Of a stretch of DNA of 37,559 bases, positions 19,738-30,753 are shown piece after piece. Position 1 is the first letter of the stretch. Each line of letters opens with the position of its first letter. The notes under the pieces are model-generated. The model had not been told where the DNA came from and made no database searches. It saw nothing but the letters and a program-made list of their open reading frames with translations. Position numbers and translations under genes: made by a program. The DNA is from an uncultured virus (IMG/VR IMGVR_UViG_3300001605_000013) (Duplodnaviria > Heunggongvirae > Uroviricota > Caudoviricetes), in IMG/VR virus record IMGVR_UViG_3300001605_000013, positions 62,001 to 99,559 of that record; one strand, written 5' to 3'.

Positions 19738-21730
19738 TTACTCATCCTCTCCACCATCATCATCTAGTTCACCTTCAAGACGTAGCATTTCATCAAGGGT
19801 CTGATACATTGGAACAGGGTATGGATTGACAGCAAGCATAGAACAAAGTTCTTCCCATGTCTGAGTAATCATCTCACTACCCTCTGTTGTCAGAGTAACA
19901 AGATTTTGATTTACCATGTAAGCAAGCGGTAGTCCAATGTCGCAACGCGATATGTAATCACGCCAAGACTTTGGCTGAGATTCATCTTGACCATAAAAAT
20001 ACCAAATGGCAGATAGGATTGCAATTCGCTTAGAAAAGGGTGTCTTGTCCATCTACATCTCCTGAGAAAGGGTTTTCTGAATAATGAATGATTGAGTCTG
20101 CTAACACTAATGCGTTTTTGCGTACCTGCCGTGTGGACAAGTTTACAACGTGAAAGCCAAGGTAGTCAATGTCAGGAACTGAATAACGACCATCAGCAAT
20201 TAGATCAACAATTTTCTGTGCTATTCTCTCCATAGTTTTCCCATCATAGCAGAAAGGGGGCAGAGTGTCAATACCCTACCCCCTCTCATATTGACATTAC
20301 CGACTTGCGATTGCGGGAGCCTTACGCAGACCTGTAAGATTTACAGAATCAACAAACTTCCCATTCTCATCACGAATGACAACTCGTTCCTGCTTACCAA
20401 AGCGAGTGTTCCACTGCTCAAGGTAGGTGTACTTCTTTGCCATGTTATTCTCCTTAGTTAGGTGTAACTGATATATTTTACTGTATTTATTAGAGATTGT
20501 CAACACTATCTTGGATGGAGTCAATCATTTCAACCAGACCCCAAAGCTTAAATCTCTTGTCCTGCTCTTCAATATCCCAGATGGATTCCAGGAGCAATTG
20601 CTTTTGTTCTGACAATAGATCCATGTCTAGTTTCATGTCAACTAACATTATTCTTCATTTTCCTCTTCTTCAACAACATCAACATCAAAAGGTTCTGACC
20701 ACTCTTCATAGAAACAAACTTCACCTGATTCTACATATGAAGTCATTTCAGAAATTGCATTAGCCCACGCTTCATCTGCAACGATAACGAGGCGAACAGC
20801 CTTTACAGTTTTCATTATCCATCCCCTTGCTTAGTTATCAACTGTATCAGTCTAGTGATCTATTACACGGCTGTCAAGTACTTAGCAAACTTATTTATGA
20901 ATGAATCAAATTGCATAACAAACTTAGGCTTAGCATCTATGTCAAACTTTATATCAAATGAATGAGGCAAAAGTCTAACAGTCTGAGTCTTGAAACTTAC
21001 AACGGGAACAGAATGTTCAGAGTCACAAAAATAAGTAGTAAGCCCCCAACCAGTTTCTTGTTTCCACTCATTGTCAATGATAGTGGAGACAGCAATTCTT
21101 GTTGCGTATGACTCATCATTCCAACGTGGGCGTGCAGTTTCAATGGCGGTAGCCAAAGTGTTTAGCATACCCTCGCCTGCCCAATGCCCATACAGATAGA
21201 TAGCATTTCCATCTTCTTGCTCAAATACAAATGTCGCACGATCACCCACAGTTACACTTCCTCCATGTCAATAGATTCTTGAATTTCAGTACCAGTATGA
21301 ATAACGTCTTCGAGGTCAAAGTCTTGTGCCCAAAACTTCTCCTTGGCTTCCTCAAAAGAATCAGCCTGAATGGTGATGTTGTACCAATCTTCCTCAGTGA
21401 AACTAATCATATAATTAGGCATTCTTATTCCCTTGCTAGTAGTTATATGCGGAGCCTACCATATTTATATTTAGTTGTCAAGTGTTAGTCCTCTAACCAT
21501 TCCCCCAAATTTATTTCTTCCTCTACTAGACAATCGTGACAGTAAAGGTATGCACCACTATCTTCAACATGCTCTTCACTATCCTTCTCACCTTCTACAG
21601 CATACAGGTGTCCTTTAATTTCAACTATCTCTGTGATATATCTTGTATCAACAGTTGAGACAATAGAGATAGATAAAGAATGATCTCTATGTGATGCCAT
21701 GAATTCTTGTGTACCGTCAAAATTTGCCAT
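19738..21730 (-). CDS. small leftward hypotheticals (19738-20052, 20030-20233, 20297-20443, ~20650-20816, 20863-21249, 21252-21422, 21485-21730)
   Basis: ORFs with GGAG-type RBS; 20863 ORF has MGDRA...YLYGHWAG. Confidence 0.7.
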
Positions 21731-21788
21731 GCTATCTCCCTTATTAGAGTATGAGGATAACCTATCATCTTTGTGTACCGATGTCAAG

Positions 21789-21862
21789 TGGGGCATGTTG
21801 GACTCGAACCAACGACTACCGAATTATGAGTTCGGGGCTCTAACCAGCTGAGCTAATGCCCC
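21789..21862 (-). tRNA. tRNA with CAT anticodon (probably Ile2; Met not excluded)
   Basis: GGGGCAT/ATGCCCC acceptor; CCGAA-CTCATAA-TTCGG; no initiator features. Confidence 0.9.
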
Positions 21863-22028
21863 CAGGGATATTAAATAATAAAGTAAAACATCCCAAGGAA
21901 TATGAGGACGATAAAGAATAAGCCAACCATTCCAAAACCAACCTCTGCTTTATTGGTCATACGCATAGTTGGGTCTTGGCTCATCCTTCCCATATGCCTA
22001 CCCGCCTTGTATGATCTTCCCATTACCA

Positions 22029-25000
22029 TTATGCTTTCACCCTTCGCTGCTGAGAAACCATGCCAGATACTGTATGGTAGGTTACGTTTACTTTCTCGTA
22101 TTCTATACCCCCAGTTGGTGCGCTGTCAAGTAGGTCACGCATTAGGGCAGCAAGAATAGTGTCTGCTTCCTCTTCTGTGAGTGTTAGGTTTATCATTGAA
22201 CACCTTCCCACCTAGTAAACCCAATGTCATAGACAAAATTATTTACTTTCATCCATGCTGTCTCACCATAGAATAACTTAGAATAATTTTTCTTATTGAC
22301 ATCATGAGGCTTAACAACTACCTTGTAAAAATCAGGGTATGGGTAACCATGAAAAACCTCTACGTCACAGTTAAAATCTTCACCCTTCCAATGATGACAG
22401 TTAGAATCTTCATAGAGCAAGTCCCACTCCTTGACCTGCTTGACGCTAGGACGCTTGCTTGGATACAAAGGCGCGGTACTCATTATATTATTCCTCTTCC
22501 TCAAACAGATTGGCTTCTCTTATCTTATAGATTAAATACTCTGACACATCTTCTGATCCTGCGTCATTCTGTTCCATAGAGGATACAATATCATTCCATT
22601 GGTCAGTTGTCAATTTATCCTCGCCATACATTTCTGTAATATCAGAATCCCACCACATGATATATATTTCTTCATCTGGCTTATATGCCTGGAGCATTTT
22701 AATTGCTTCGCTAACCTTCATTCTTCCTCCTCAACTTCAACCTCAATAACTTCCCCGCCATTAACAAAAACAGATTCAGTTTCTAAATATCTTCCATTAT
22801 GAATTACCCACATAAACTGTTCATCTGTTGTCATGTCGTCCCAGTCTTCTGGGAGTTTGTCTATTACATGTGTGTTGTACTCTATATATTCTGCTGATTG
22901 GTGAACAATAACTTTCATGCTTTCTCCAATGCTAGGTGATATTCCTCGTATTCTAACAGAGTATGGATAACAAAGTCAAGCCCTTGTGCCTTAAGAATAT
23001 CCATATATAGTTCTATCTCATTCCCACTTTCTAGGGTACGAACATAGTTTAAGTCTTGTGAAATTTCTTTATACACATCAAAATAAGTAGTCGCACCATC
23101 ACTACACTCATAGACATGGATCATTAGAATGCCTCCTCGTTCTCATGGACTACAAAGTCTATGTCACTATCTATAAGTTCGTCAAGGTATTTTTGATATT
23201 CTTTTTCTGATGAAAGATCAAATAAGAATTCATCTGACCAGGGCTCACCAATGACAGACTTGAATACCTCCCAAAACCTATGCTCAAGTACATCATTCTC
23301 ACCATAGACATTGCACTCATAGATATGAATCATAGACTATTCCCATTCTCATCCTGAAATATAAGATTATTAGTTCCAAAGTAATCTGCTGAATCTTCTT
23401 CAATATAACCCATGACTGCTTCAATGTCAATGTCTGAGTCTTCCATACCCGAATACTTTAGAGCCTCAACAACATGCTCCACGGTATAGGTCATAACAGC
23501 CATAACGTTGATTCTTTCAGGCAGGGCTTCCATAGTTATACCTCCATTGCTGCTCAGAATAATCAAACTCAATGTCAAATAGTTCTAATTGTTCTTCCAT
23601 CACACCTCCTGCGGTATTGGAAAGGTATCAACAATGTATCCTAGCGTACTGTATAGTTCTGCGTCAAGTAGTTCCTCCTCACTACCCTCTTCTGGATGAA
23701 ACCATCCGTCATACCCAAAATCAGGATCGTTAGATCTGTCAAGAGAAAAGATAGACCCTCCAGGAAAATAAGATGTAGGATCTCCTTCGACAAACCACTT
23801 CTTTAGTTCTGTGTCATATCCAATTACAAGATGGTGTTGCATTAGTCCTCCCACTCATAGATGTTTACGTCTGATACTCCAAACACGATCTGACCTTCTT
23901 CTATCATTGCCTCTACCATAGACTTTGCCTCTTCTAGGTTTTCAGCGGCAACCCCAACGATAGAAACAGATCCATCTATTACAAATGAATACTCTTGCAT
24001 TATGCCTCCTCTGCTGAAAATACATTGACCTCAGTAAACTCATAGGTGATGCCTTCGGAGATAATTTCTGTGGTATCTAGAAATAATTCTTCTGCCATAG
24101 CCTTTGCATCTTCTGGATTGTCTGCCTCAATAAGAAAACTATCTTCCCATGTAGCAGTTAAATAAGTTTGATACAACATTACGCCTCCTGAAAGTTGTAG
24201 TAGAACCTTACACCATTAACATCTGAAAAGTCAAGGGTTCCACGAACTCCATCTGACTTACGCTCAACTACACAAAGATACATAGCAAAGCCAAGAACAT
24301 TGTAGTGCTCCAACATTTGATCTTTAGTTAATCCATCACTCTCAAATGTAAGCATATTCCTCTTCCTCTTCCTCATCACCATAGTCATAGGCTACAATCT
24401 CAAAGAACTCTTCATCTTTCCAAGGAACCTCGCAAACAAAATAGCCTAATCTGTTTACATATGAGTAACCATTTACAAGGATACCCTTTCCATCTACCTC
24501 AACTAATGTCCAGACAAAATTTTCGGGGGTAGCCTCAACAAAATCTACTTCCTCCCCATATGTCTCAAACATAGTTCCATTCCAAGATGCCCCATCAGGA
24601 TCTATGTGATTAGTCTTTGGTTGATAAATACTCCACCATTCATCTTCAGTCATTATAGCCACCACCTATCTTCATGCTTGATCTTGACATCATCTTGTTC
24701 TATTTCTATTTCCCAACCATCTCCATTAGAAACATTAAAGTCAAATGATATTTGATCTTCTAAGTCCTCAATGTCTTGACCAATTGCAATCTCAACTTCG
24801 CCACGGTATGTAACAACAACATCCACAGCATAACGCTTAGTAAGACCAATGTCAAGTATCTCAGCAACATCATATAGTTCTGTTGATAGAGACTTATCAG
24901 ACACTAGGTAGGTCTCTAAGATGTATTCTTTCACATTGTCAATTTTTTCATTAAGTTGATTAAGACTACATCTCTTTAGATAAAGTTCATTATCCAATCT

Positions 25001-25075
25001 TTCTACATCACGCATAAGAGTGTTTATCTTGATAGACAATTCATCGCGGGTAGGCTCATAAATATCTCCAACCAT
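22029..25075 (-). CDS. run of about 13 small, mostly acidic hypotheticals (includes 23842-24000 and 24000-24179, absent from ORF track)
   Basis: Tightly coupled ORFs with GGAGG RBSs, downstream of a TTGACA-18-TAGGGT promoter near 25103-25133. Confidence 0.75.
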
Positions 25076-25301
25076 GACATACCTTTCATTAGTAGATAGC
25101 CTTACCCTATCTCATAAACATAGAAATGTCAAGGGTTTTAGCGAATTTTAGCGATTTTTCTTAATGCTTCGTAAATGAATTTTTATTTATTATTATATAG
25201 AAAAAATGGTCCGGCCCGCAAAAACCGTTGGTATGCAACAGCTTTTGAGAGGTGAGCAGTTTTACATCATGGGGTGCAAAATAGGGTGCTATAATTATAG
25301 T

Positions 25302-25694
25302 ATGAAGATTTGCATTAGGTGTCACAAGAAGTTATCACTAGAAAAATTTGGAAAACATCCAACGTCAAAGGATGGATATAGGAATCAGTGCAATCACTGT
25401 CGATATGAACTACGAAAAGAAAGACCTACATATCAAAAACAAGTTAGACAATATAGGTACGGAATAACTCAAGAAGAATACGATAAAATTTTAAAATCTC
25501 AAAACAACTGTTGTGCCATATGCAAAATAGAATTTTATAAAACTCCGCACATAGATCATTGTCATGAAACTAAAATTGTTAGAGGGCTTTTATGTTCCAA
25601 TTGTAATAGTGGAATAGGATTATTGGGTGACGACCCCCGTAGACTGAGAGCCGCCACCCAATACCTAGAGATTACGCAAAAGCAATCTCTTTGA
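25302..25694 (+). CDS. endonuclease VII-family (free-standing homing-type) nuclease
   Basis: CAIC, HIDHCH...VRGLLCSNCNSGIG; opposite strand to neighbours; TATAAT 6 bp before ATG. Confidence 0.9.
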   Translation: MKICIRCHKKLSLEKFGKHPTSKDGYRNQCNHCRYELRKERPTYQKQVRQYRYGITQEEYDKILKSQNNCCAICKIEFYKTPHIDHCHETKIVRGLLCSNCNSGIGLLGDDPRRLRAATQYLEITQKQSL

Positions 25695-26667
25695 CAATGG
25701 ACATGATTTTATTTTTTGAGGCATTGGTAGCAGCATCAAAACCTGATGCAGCAGCGAGAACAGATTCTGCATTACCACCGCGAGGGTTACGATACCAGTC
25801 AAGACGCTCTGTAATTGCATTCATAGCACCCCACGCGGTTCCCTTGATATTGACACATGTCTCACCAAAATAAATATCGTTGAGAGTGTCAATCTTGGTC
25901 TCCCACTTTGTCATAGCACCCTTTACATCTTCCTCTGGCTTTGCATAGACAGCGGTGATGATGTCAAAGAATTGCTTGTCAGAGATTTCCTTAGCGATCA
26001 TCTCGTTTGCAATTTTGTCGAATGCGTCAAGGTAGGTGTTAGCCATACCCAATGCCTCGCGTGCCGCAGTAACCTTGCCCTGCAAAGTCTGAGTGTGACG
26101 AATGCGGAATGATTGCTTTGCACCACGACCCTTGGAACCAACAGCCATGTTGAGAGTGTTCTGGCAGACAACACGGACAGGTGTAACGCTTGCCTGAATT
26201 GCAAGTGAACCATCATGTGATGTGTGAACCAAAAGATAGTTATTGATTTTGTCACCACGACCCTTGGGATCTAGGTTGGTCTCACGATTGAGAGCGAGGG
26301 AACCAAAAACAACAGTGCCGTTTTTGATTGAGCCAGCGGTCTCCCACTGTCCACCATCAAGAAGGTTATCGCCAAACTGAAAAAGTTCTTCGTTTTGCAA
26401 TACCTTGTAACGCTCACCCACAACACCAAGCACATCATTCTCACCGTCAAAAGGATTGGTGCGAACGGTAGCAAAGTAATCGCGGTGTGATCGACCTGGG
26501 AGTGCTAATTCTTCCACACGAACATCCCAACCTGAGAGGTGTGCTAGACTAAGCATTTCAGAAGTGCTTACGGGTTCGTCAATGACAGTTCCAAGACCAT
26601 GCCAAGCGGGTTGGCGCAAGGAAGCAAAGGAAGCCATTTCGCCATATTGTTCTAACATGTGAGCCAT
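25672..26667 (-). CDS. DUF932 family phage/plasmid protein
   Basis: PAWHGLG, LGVVGERYKVLQNEELF, WETAGS, SHDGS, TPVRVVCQNT, IRHT. Confidence 0.93.
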   Translation of the reverse strand: MAHMLEQYGEMASFASLRQPAWHGLGTVIDEPVSTSEMLSLAHLSGWDVRVEELALPGRSHRDYFATVRTNPFDGENDVLGVVGERYKVLQNEELFQFGDNLLDGGQWETAGSIKNGTVVFGSLALNRETNLDPKGRGDKINNYLLVHTSHDGSLAIQASVTPVRVVCQNTLNMAVGSKGRGAKQSFRIRHTQTLQGKVTAAREALGMANTYLDAFDKIANEMIAKEISDKQFFDIITAVYAKPEEDVKGAMTKWETKIDTLNDIYFGETCVNIKGTAWGAMNAITERLDWYRNPRGGNAESVLAAASGFDAATNASKNKIMSIVKEIAFA

Positions 26668-26828
26668 GTGATTTTCCAATCTCTAGTAGTTGATGTGATA
26701 ACAGTATCAGAATAAGGAAGCATTGTCAATAGATAAATAAGAAAACTAGAGGTATTTTGGTGTGGTCTTAATCACATCGTAAAAGCTTGACAAAAGTGAA
26801 AAAACGGGCCGGGCCCAAAAATTGAGAG

Positions 26829-26874
26829 TCCCCCTAGGGAGCAAGGGTGGGGGGTATGCTCAACCTAGAGGGAC
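26829..26874 (-). terminator. long GC-rich hairpin after tRNA-Asp (terminator or processing stem)
   Basis: GTCCCTCTAGG...CCTAGGGGGAC; only a weak U tail. Confidence 0.5.
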
Positions 26875-26876
26875 AG

Positions 26877-26949
26877 CGATTCTGATGGGATTCGAACCCA
26901 CGACCTCCACCGTGACAGGGTGGCGAGCACTCCGCTGCTCTACAGAACC
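26877..26949 (-). tRNA. tRNA-Asp(GTC), copy 1
   Basis: CCACC-CTGTCAC-GGTGG; acceptor GGTTCTG/CAGAATC. Confidence 0.93.
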
Positions 26950-27006
26950 ATTGTATTATTTTTTATGTAGCACAGGATCTCATGAGTCCTCTCCTTTCAC
27001 TACTCG

Positions 27007-27074
27007 CACCTCGTCTAGGAATTGAACCTAGCAAGACAAGTTTTGGAGGCTCGTCTGTACCCAGTACCCAAGGC
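27007..27074 (-). tRNA. atypical tRNA-Trp(CCA) with reduced D arm
   Basis: T arm CTAGG-TTCAATT-CCTAG, loop CTCCAAA, acceptor GCCTTG/CGAGGT, 68 nt. Confidence 0.65.
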
Positions 27075-27176
27075 TAGAATGTGAAGGTATCTAGGCTTAC
27101 TCCTTCACAATTGACTTGCAGCGAGACAAAACATTTTTTGCCATATCTCTATTATGTTAGTACACTAGACTGCAAG

Positions 27177-27257
27177 TGGGGAAGCGAGTCGAACGCATGA
27201 ATCCCTGATTCACACTTGCCGCAGCCCAATGGCTTTGTCTAGGTCGCATATCCCCAA
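27177..27257 (-). ncRNA. T-loop-containing structured RNA with no recognisable anticodon arm
   Basis: TGGGGA/TCCCCA closing stem, AGCC/GGCT and TGAATC/GATTCA hairpins, GCG-TTCGACT-CGC. Confidence 0.55.
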
Positions 27258-27290
27258 GTCACTATTTAGTTAGAGTTTTATTTTACCAGA

Positions 27291-27437
27291 CTACTTGACG
27301 GTAGTCCAGCGAGTGCCGTTGTCAGTCATCAGACGCAGACGGACGGAACCCGAAGGATTCTGGACGATCTCCTCAATCGTTCCCTGCACACCGCTCTTGA
27401 GGGTGGTGAACTGTGAGCCAACAGTGAGTGTAGACAT
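27291..27437 (-). CDS. 48-aa beta-rich protein (not in ORF track)
   Basis: MSTLTVGSQFTTLKSGVQGTIEEI...RWTTVK*; GAAAGGAAG RBS; TTGACA-18-TAAGGT promoter at ~27477-27506. Confidence 0.8.
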   Translation of the reverse strand: MSTLTVGSQFTTLKSGVQGTIEEIVQNPSGSVRLRLMTDNGTRWTTVK

Positions 27438-27533
27438 TTTGCTTCCTTTCGATTGTTTGTTTGTTGTTATGGTAGAACCTTATCAGATAGGTGGGGTACT
27501 TGTCAAGGACTTTCCCCCACCGTTATCAAATTG

Positions 27534-27833
27534 TTATGAAACTTTTGTAACATCTTCAGGTCTAGATAGATGCCAGTAATATAACTCGCCGTCTATTACT
27601 TTGCTATCCCACCAAGCATTTTTACGCCACGCCCAATAGTGACTATCTTTGTGGCACTTAGTTTGATTCAACTCTTCCCAAGAATAAGTTATTCCAGAGG
27701 GTACTGATATTTTCCATCTATCTTGATAGAATGTTTTTCCTGATACAGTCCAACAGTTCAAACATTCAACAACTATGTTTGCAGTTGGCTCATCAATAAT
27801 TCTTTTTCTATCATATTTGTTTGGAATAATCAC
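27534..27833 (-). CDS. hypothetical protein
   Basis: 99 aa, GAGGGAG RBS. Confidence 0.65.
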   Translation of the reverse strand: MIIPNKYDRKRIIDEPTANIVVECLNCWTVSGKTFYQDRWKISVPSGITYSWEELNQTKCHKDSHYWAWRKNAWWDSKVIDGELYYWHLSRPEDVTKVS

Positions 27834-27856
27834 TCTCCCTCATCATTATCAAATTG

Positions 27857-28342
27857 TTACCAAGAGGCTTGGTAGTAGATTTCCCATTCCCAGTTATCCT
27901 CAGGAATAACAGAGAGAACATGGTCAATCATTTTTATGGTATCGCTTAGATCTTCCATGTACCATTCGTCAATCTCACTACTGCCAAAGAAGAATCCTTG
28001 GGTAGGGGGAAGAACTTCCCCAGCCATAGCAGGCTGAGAAACAGCGGCCTTGCAGAGATCACGCAACTCTACCAATTTCTCACGGGGTACAGGAATCTCT
28101 TGGCACTCATCTACACCACCAGCCAATTCATTAACGAACCAACCATGAATAGCATTAGCCTTGCGCCAGTATCCAACGGGATAAGAAACAGAGATACCAG
28201 CAAATTGAGAATACTTAGTTAGTCCTTCTAACCCTGACATATTGACGAGGGTAGAAAATTCTGGAACCTCTGTGCGAGAGTCACCCTTGTAATTATGTTG
28301 ACTCACATACTTGCGAGCATTGAGATACATGTCCAAACCCAT
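27857..28342 (-). CDS. conserved phage hypothetical protein
   Basis: MGLDMYL...YWRKANAIHGWF...GFFFGS...YYQASW. Confidence 0.88.
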   Translation of the reverse strand: MGLDMYLNARKYVSQHNYKGDSRTEVPEFSTLVNMSGLEGLTKYSQFAGISVSYPVGYWRKANAIHGWFVNELAGGVDECQEIPVPREKLVELRDLCKAAVSQPAMAGEVLPPTQGFFFGSSEIDEWYMEDLSDTIKMIDHVLSVIPEDNWEWEIYYQASW

Positions 28343-28433
28343 TTTGGAACCCACCTTTCCTTTGTTGTATATACACACCCTATCACAGGGGTCTGACATT
28401 TGTCAATAGTTTATTTAGCTTGTTATCAAACTG

Positions 28434-28631
28434 TTATAATTCAGTAAGCAAGGCAAATCGTTTTGTAGCCTCTGCCTCAACATGACGGCGGTATCCTTCT
28501 TCATCCACCAAAACAAAACGGTAGTCAAGACTATCCCCATCTTCAATATCTGTAATACGATATATTGCACCCTGGATAGTAATTTGATCCCCCACTTCAA
28601 GAGAATAGGCTTCCATGTTTTCAGTAGTCAT
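28434..28631 (-). CDS. small SH3/KOW-like protein
   Basis: AYSLEVGDQI...YRITDIE. Confidence 0.7.
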   Translation of the reverse strand: MTTENMEAYSLEVGDQITIQGAIYRITDIEDGDSLDYRFVLVDEEGYRRHVEAEATKRFALLTEL

Positions 28632-29116
28632 TTGATTCCTTCTTCCAACGATTATTTTCACGCTTGCGTATTACCTTAGCAGATTCACGAGGGTAGCAGC
28701 AAGTACACCCCTTATGACCATTTCTTGCTATGTTTTTATTTGATCTAATCATGAATGAAACATATCATAGTTTTTTATGTTTGTCAAGAGCTTTGGCGAG
28801 GTTTTTAGCGATTTCTTAATTGTTTTCTTAATCAAGATGTTTCCAGAAAAAGGGGGGCCGGATTTTTTCCTCAAAAAACCCTTTAATACCAACAGCTTTT
28901 CACACCCAATACAAACTAGCAAAATATATAGCAATACCAATAAGAATTAGCCCGACAATTCCCTTTATTACCACCATTTATTTTCCCGTCTGATTATTTA
29001 TTTCATTATACAAATTTATTATTGTTGTCATGTCAAAGTCGCCATGTGGAGCGTTATGACTTTTTAGAATTTCTAGCAATGCCTCCCACGCTTGCGAGGG
29101 TAGTGTTACAGATATG

Positions 29117-29674
29117 TCATGCATGATTACCCCTAACGACAATCCAGATAAGTGCCTGCGCGGTGCGAGGCGTGATACCAAATTCTTTTGCAACATTGCG
29201 AACAGAATCCGCGAGTGTATTGTATTGTGTTTTATTTACACCCTTGGATGCATCAAGTCCCGCAGCACGAATCATCCAAACGTCAATCACGACAGCGTTA
29301 GGGTCACCTGCAATGGCGCGTGCAAACGCATTAGTCTTTTGACCATTGAGTGCATCGAAACCTAATTCCATTGCAGACTCTGCCATGCGATAGTTATTCT
29401 GTAAACCGCTAACGGGCTTGCCCATTGAGAATGCGAGAGCCTTAGCAACATTGGATGACCAACGCTCACGAGGTGAGAATGCGCTAACGATAGATGCGCC
29501 AACCTCAAGCGATACGCCTAAGTTTTCTGCAACGTCTTCCGCAACTTCCTGCGCCTCGTGATACCATACAGAGGCTTGCTCAAGTTGTCCAAAGTTGGCT
29601 TGCAAGATGCATTGCATGTAGGCATATTCAGAAACCTGGGACAGGACAGCGGGGGTATCAGTAAGTGTGTTCAT
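29117..29674 (-). CDS. phage protein with HhH DNA-glycosylase-like motifs
   Basis: WY, SAFSPRERWSSN, GQKTNAF, VVIDVW, QALIW; leaderless TTGACA/TAGGTT promoter. Confidence 0.7.
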   Translation of the reverse strand: MNTLTDTPAVLSQVSEYAYMQCILQANFGQLEQASVWYHEAQEVAEDVAENLGVSLEVGASIVSAFSPRERWSSNVAKALAFSMGKPVSGLQNNYRMAESAMELGFDALNGQKTNAFARAIAGDPNAVVIDVWMIRAAGLDASKGVNKTQYNTLADSVRNVAKEFGITPRTAQALIWIVVRGNHA

Positions 29675-29691
29675 GTATTTAACCTATCATA

Positions 29692-29832
29692 TTAGTCAGA
29701 GAATGTCAAGCTTTTGTGCTTATTTTTTCTAGTATATTTTTTCTTGTTGGCATGGCGAGAGGCAGCACTAGAACGCCTCAATTCTTGCCAATAGCGAATT
29801 TCCTCAGAGGTTCGCTTTCGATTCTTTATCAT
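29692..29832 (-). CDS. 46-aa highly basic peptide (not in ORF track)
   Basis: MIKNRKRTSEEIRYWQELRRSSAASRHANKKKYTRKNKHKSLTFSD*; leaderless after TAGGAT. Confidence 0.7.
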   Translation of the reverse strand: MIKNRKRTSEEIRYWQELRRSSAASRHANKKKYTRKNKHKSLTFSD

Positions 29833-30549
29833 GTAATTATCCTAACACATGGGTCTGACATTTAGGTGGCAAAATATGAAAATTAGGCAGCAAAAACAGT
29901 GTGTCTTAAATCACTTCTTAAAGACTTGACATTTGTGAAAAATCGTGCCGGGCCGCGAAAAACCGTTGGTATATAAGGGTTTTTTGGTGTATCTCACGAC
30001 TAGCAAAATCCCTTTATTCCCAACTATTTTTCAGCGATGCAAAGTTCGCAAGGCAGCTGTTAAAAACTCCTTTGCTACCAACGGATTTTCAATATTCACC
30101 ATTGCACGTTTGATATTATTTGAGATGTGAAACTCTTTGAGTGTTAGTTCTTTGTTAGTCTTCATCTAACATCTCCCCGCACTTAGAACAAAAAACATCT
30201 TCACCTTCCCAATATGCAGGACGGTTGCAATGTTGGAAACTGATATCCAAACTTTCTGTCATTGTCCAATCATAGATAGTCAACTAAATCACCGTCCATT
30301 ATTTCACTAACGTCTACACCTTTTGCTTCTGCAATTGCTTCCCACAATTCTTCCTCGGAAAAAATTCCATCTTCGGGAAGGTAGTCAAGATAGTCTTTCA
30401 TGCTAACCCACTTTCATAGTTTTTAATTTCATTTCTAATGTTGTCAAGGTTTGCAACTAACATCATTTCATTGCAATACAAACAAACTTCGTCCCACATG
30501 TTTGATCGAGGGTTTTCAGTTGATTCACACATTTCACATACAAAGTCGT

Positions 30550-30753
30550 TCACACTGCACCCCTAAAAAATAGATAAGTCATATTGTGATTGTCAATTCT
30601 GATACCTTTGTGTTCCATTGGATAGACGTTGCAACCTTCTGACATATCCTCTATCAGTTGCTCCCCCGCAATATCCTCAGCAACTAGATACACTTCATCG
30701 CTCAATGGTATAAGTGTCCCAGTTCCCTGGTGGTATATAAATAGTTTTTTCAT
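30550..30753 (-). CDS. hypothetical protein within a cluster of small ORFs (~30250-31130)
   Basis: GGAGG RBS, 67 aa. Confidence 0.65.
   Translation of the reverse strand: MKKLFIYHQGTGTLIPLSDEVYLVAEDIAGEQLIEDMSEGCNVYPMEHKGIRIDNHNMTYLFFRGAV

Noticed and set aside
27177..27257. tmRNA
   Set aside because: GGGGA...TTCGA...CCCCA ends are similar, but there is no G3-U70 pair, no tag ORF, and it is only about 80 nt
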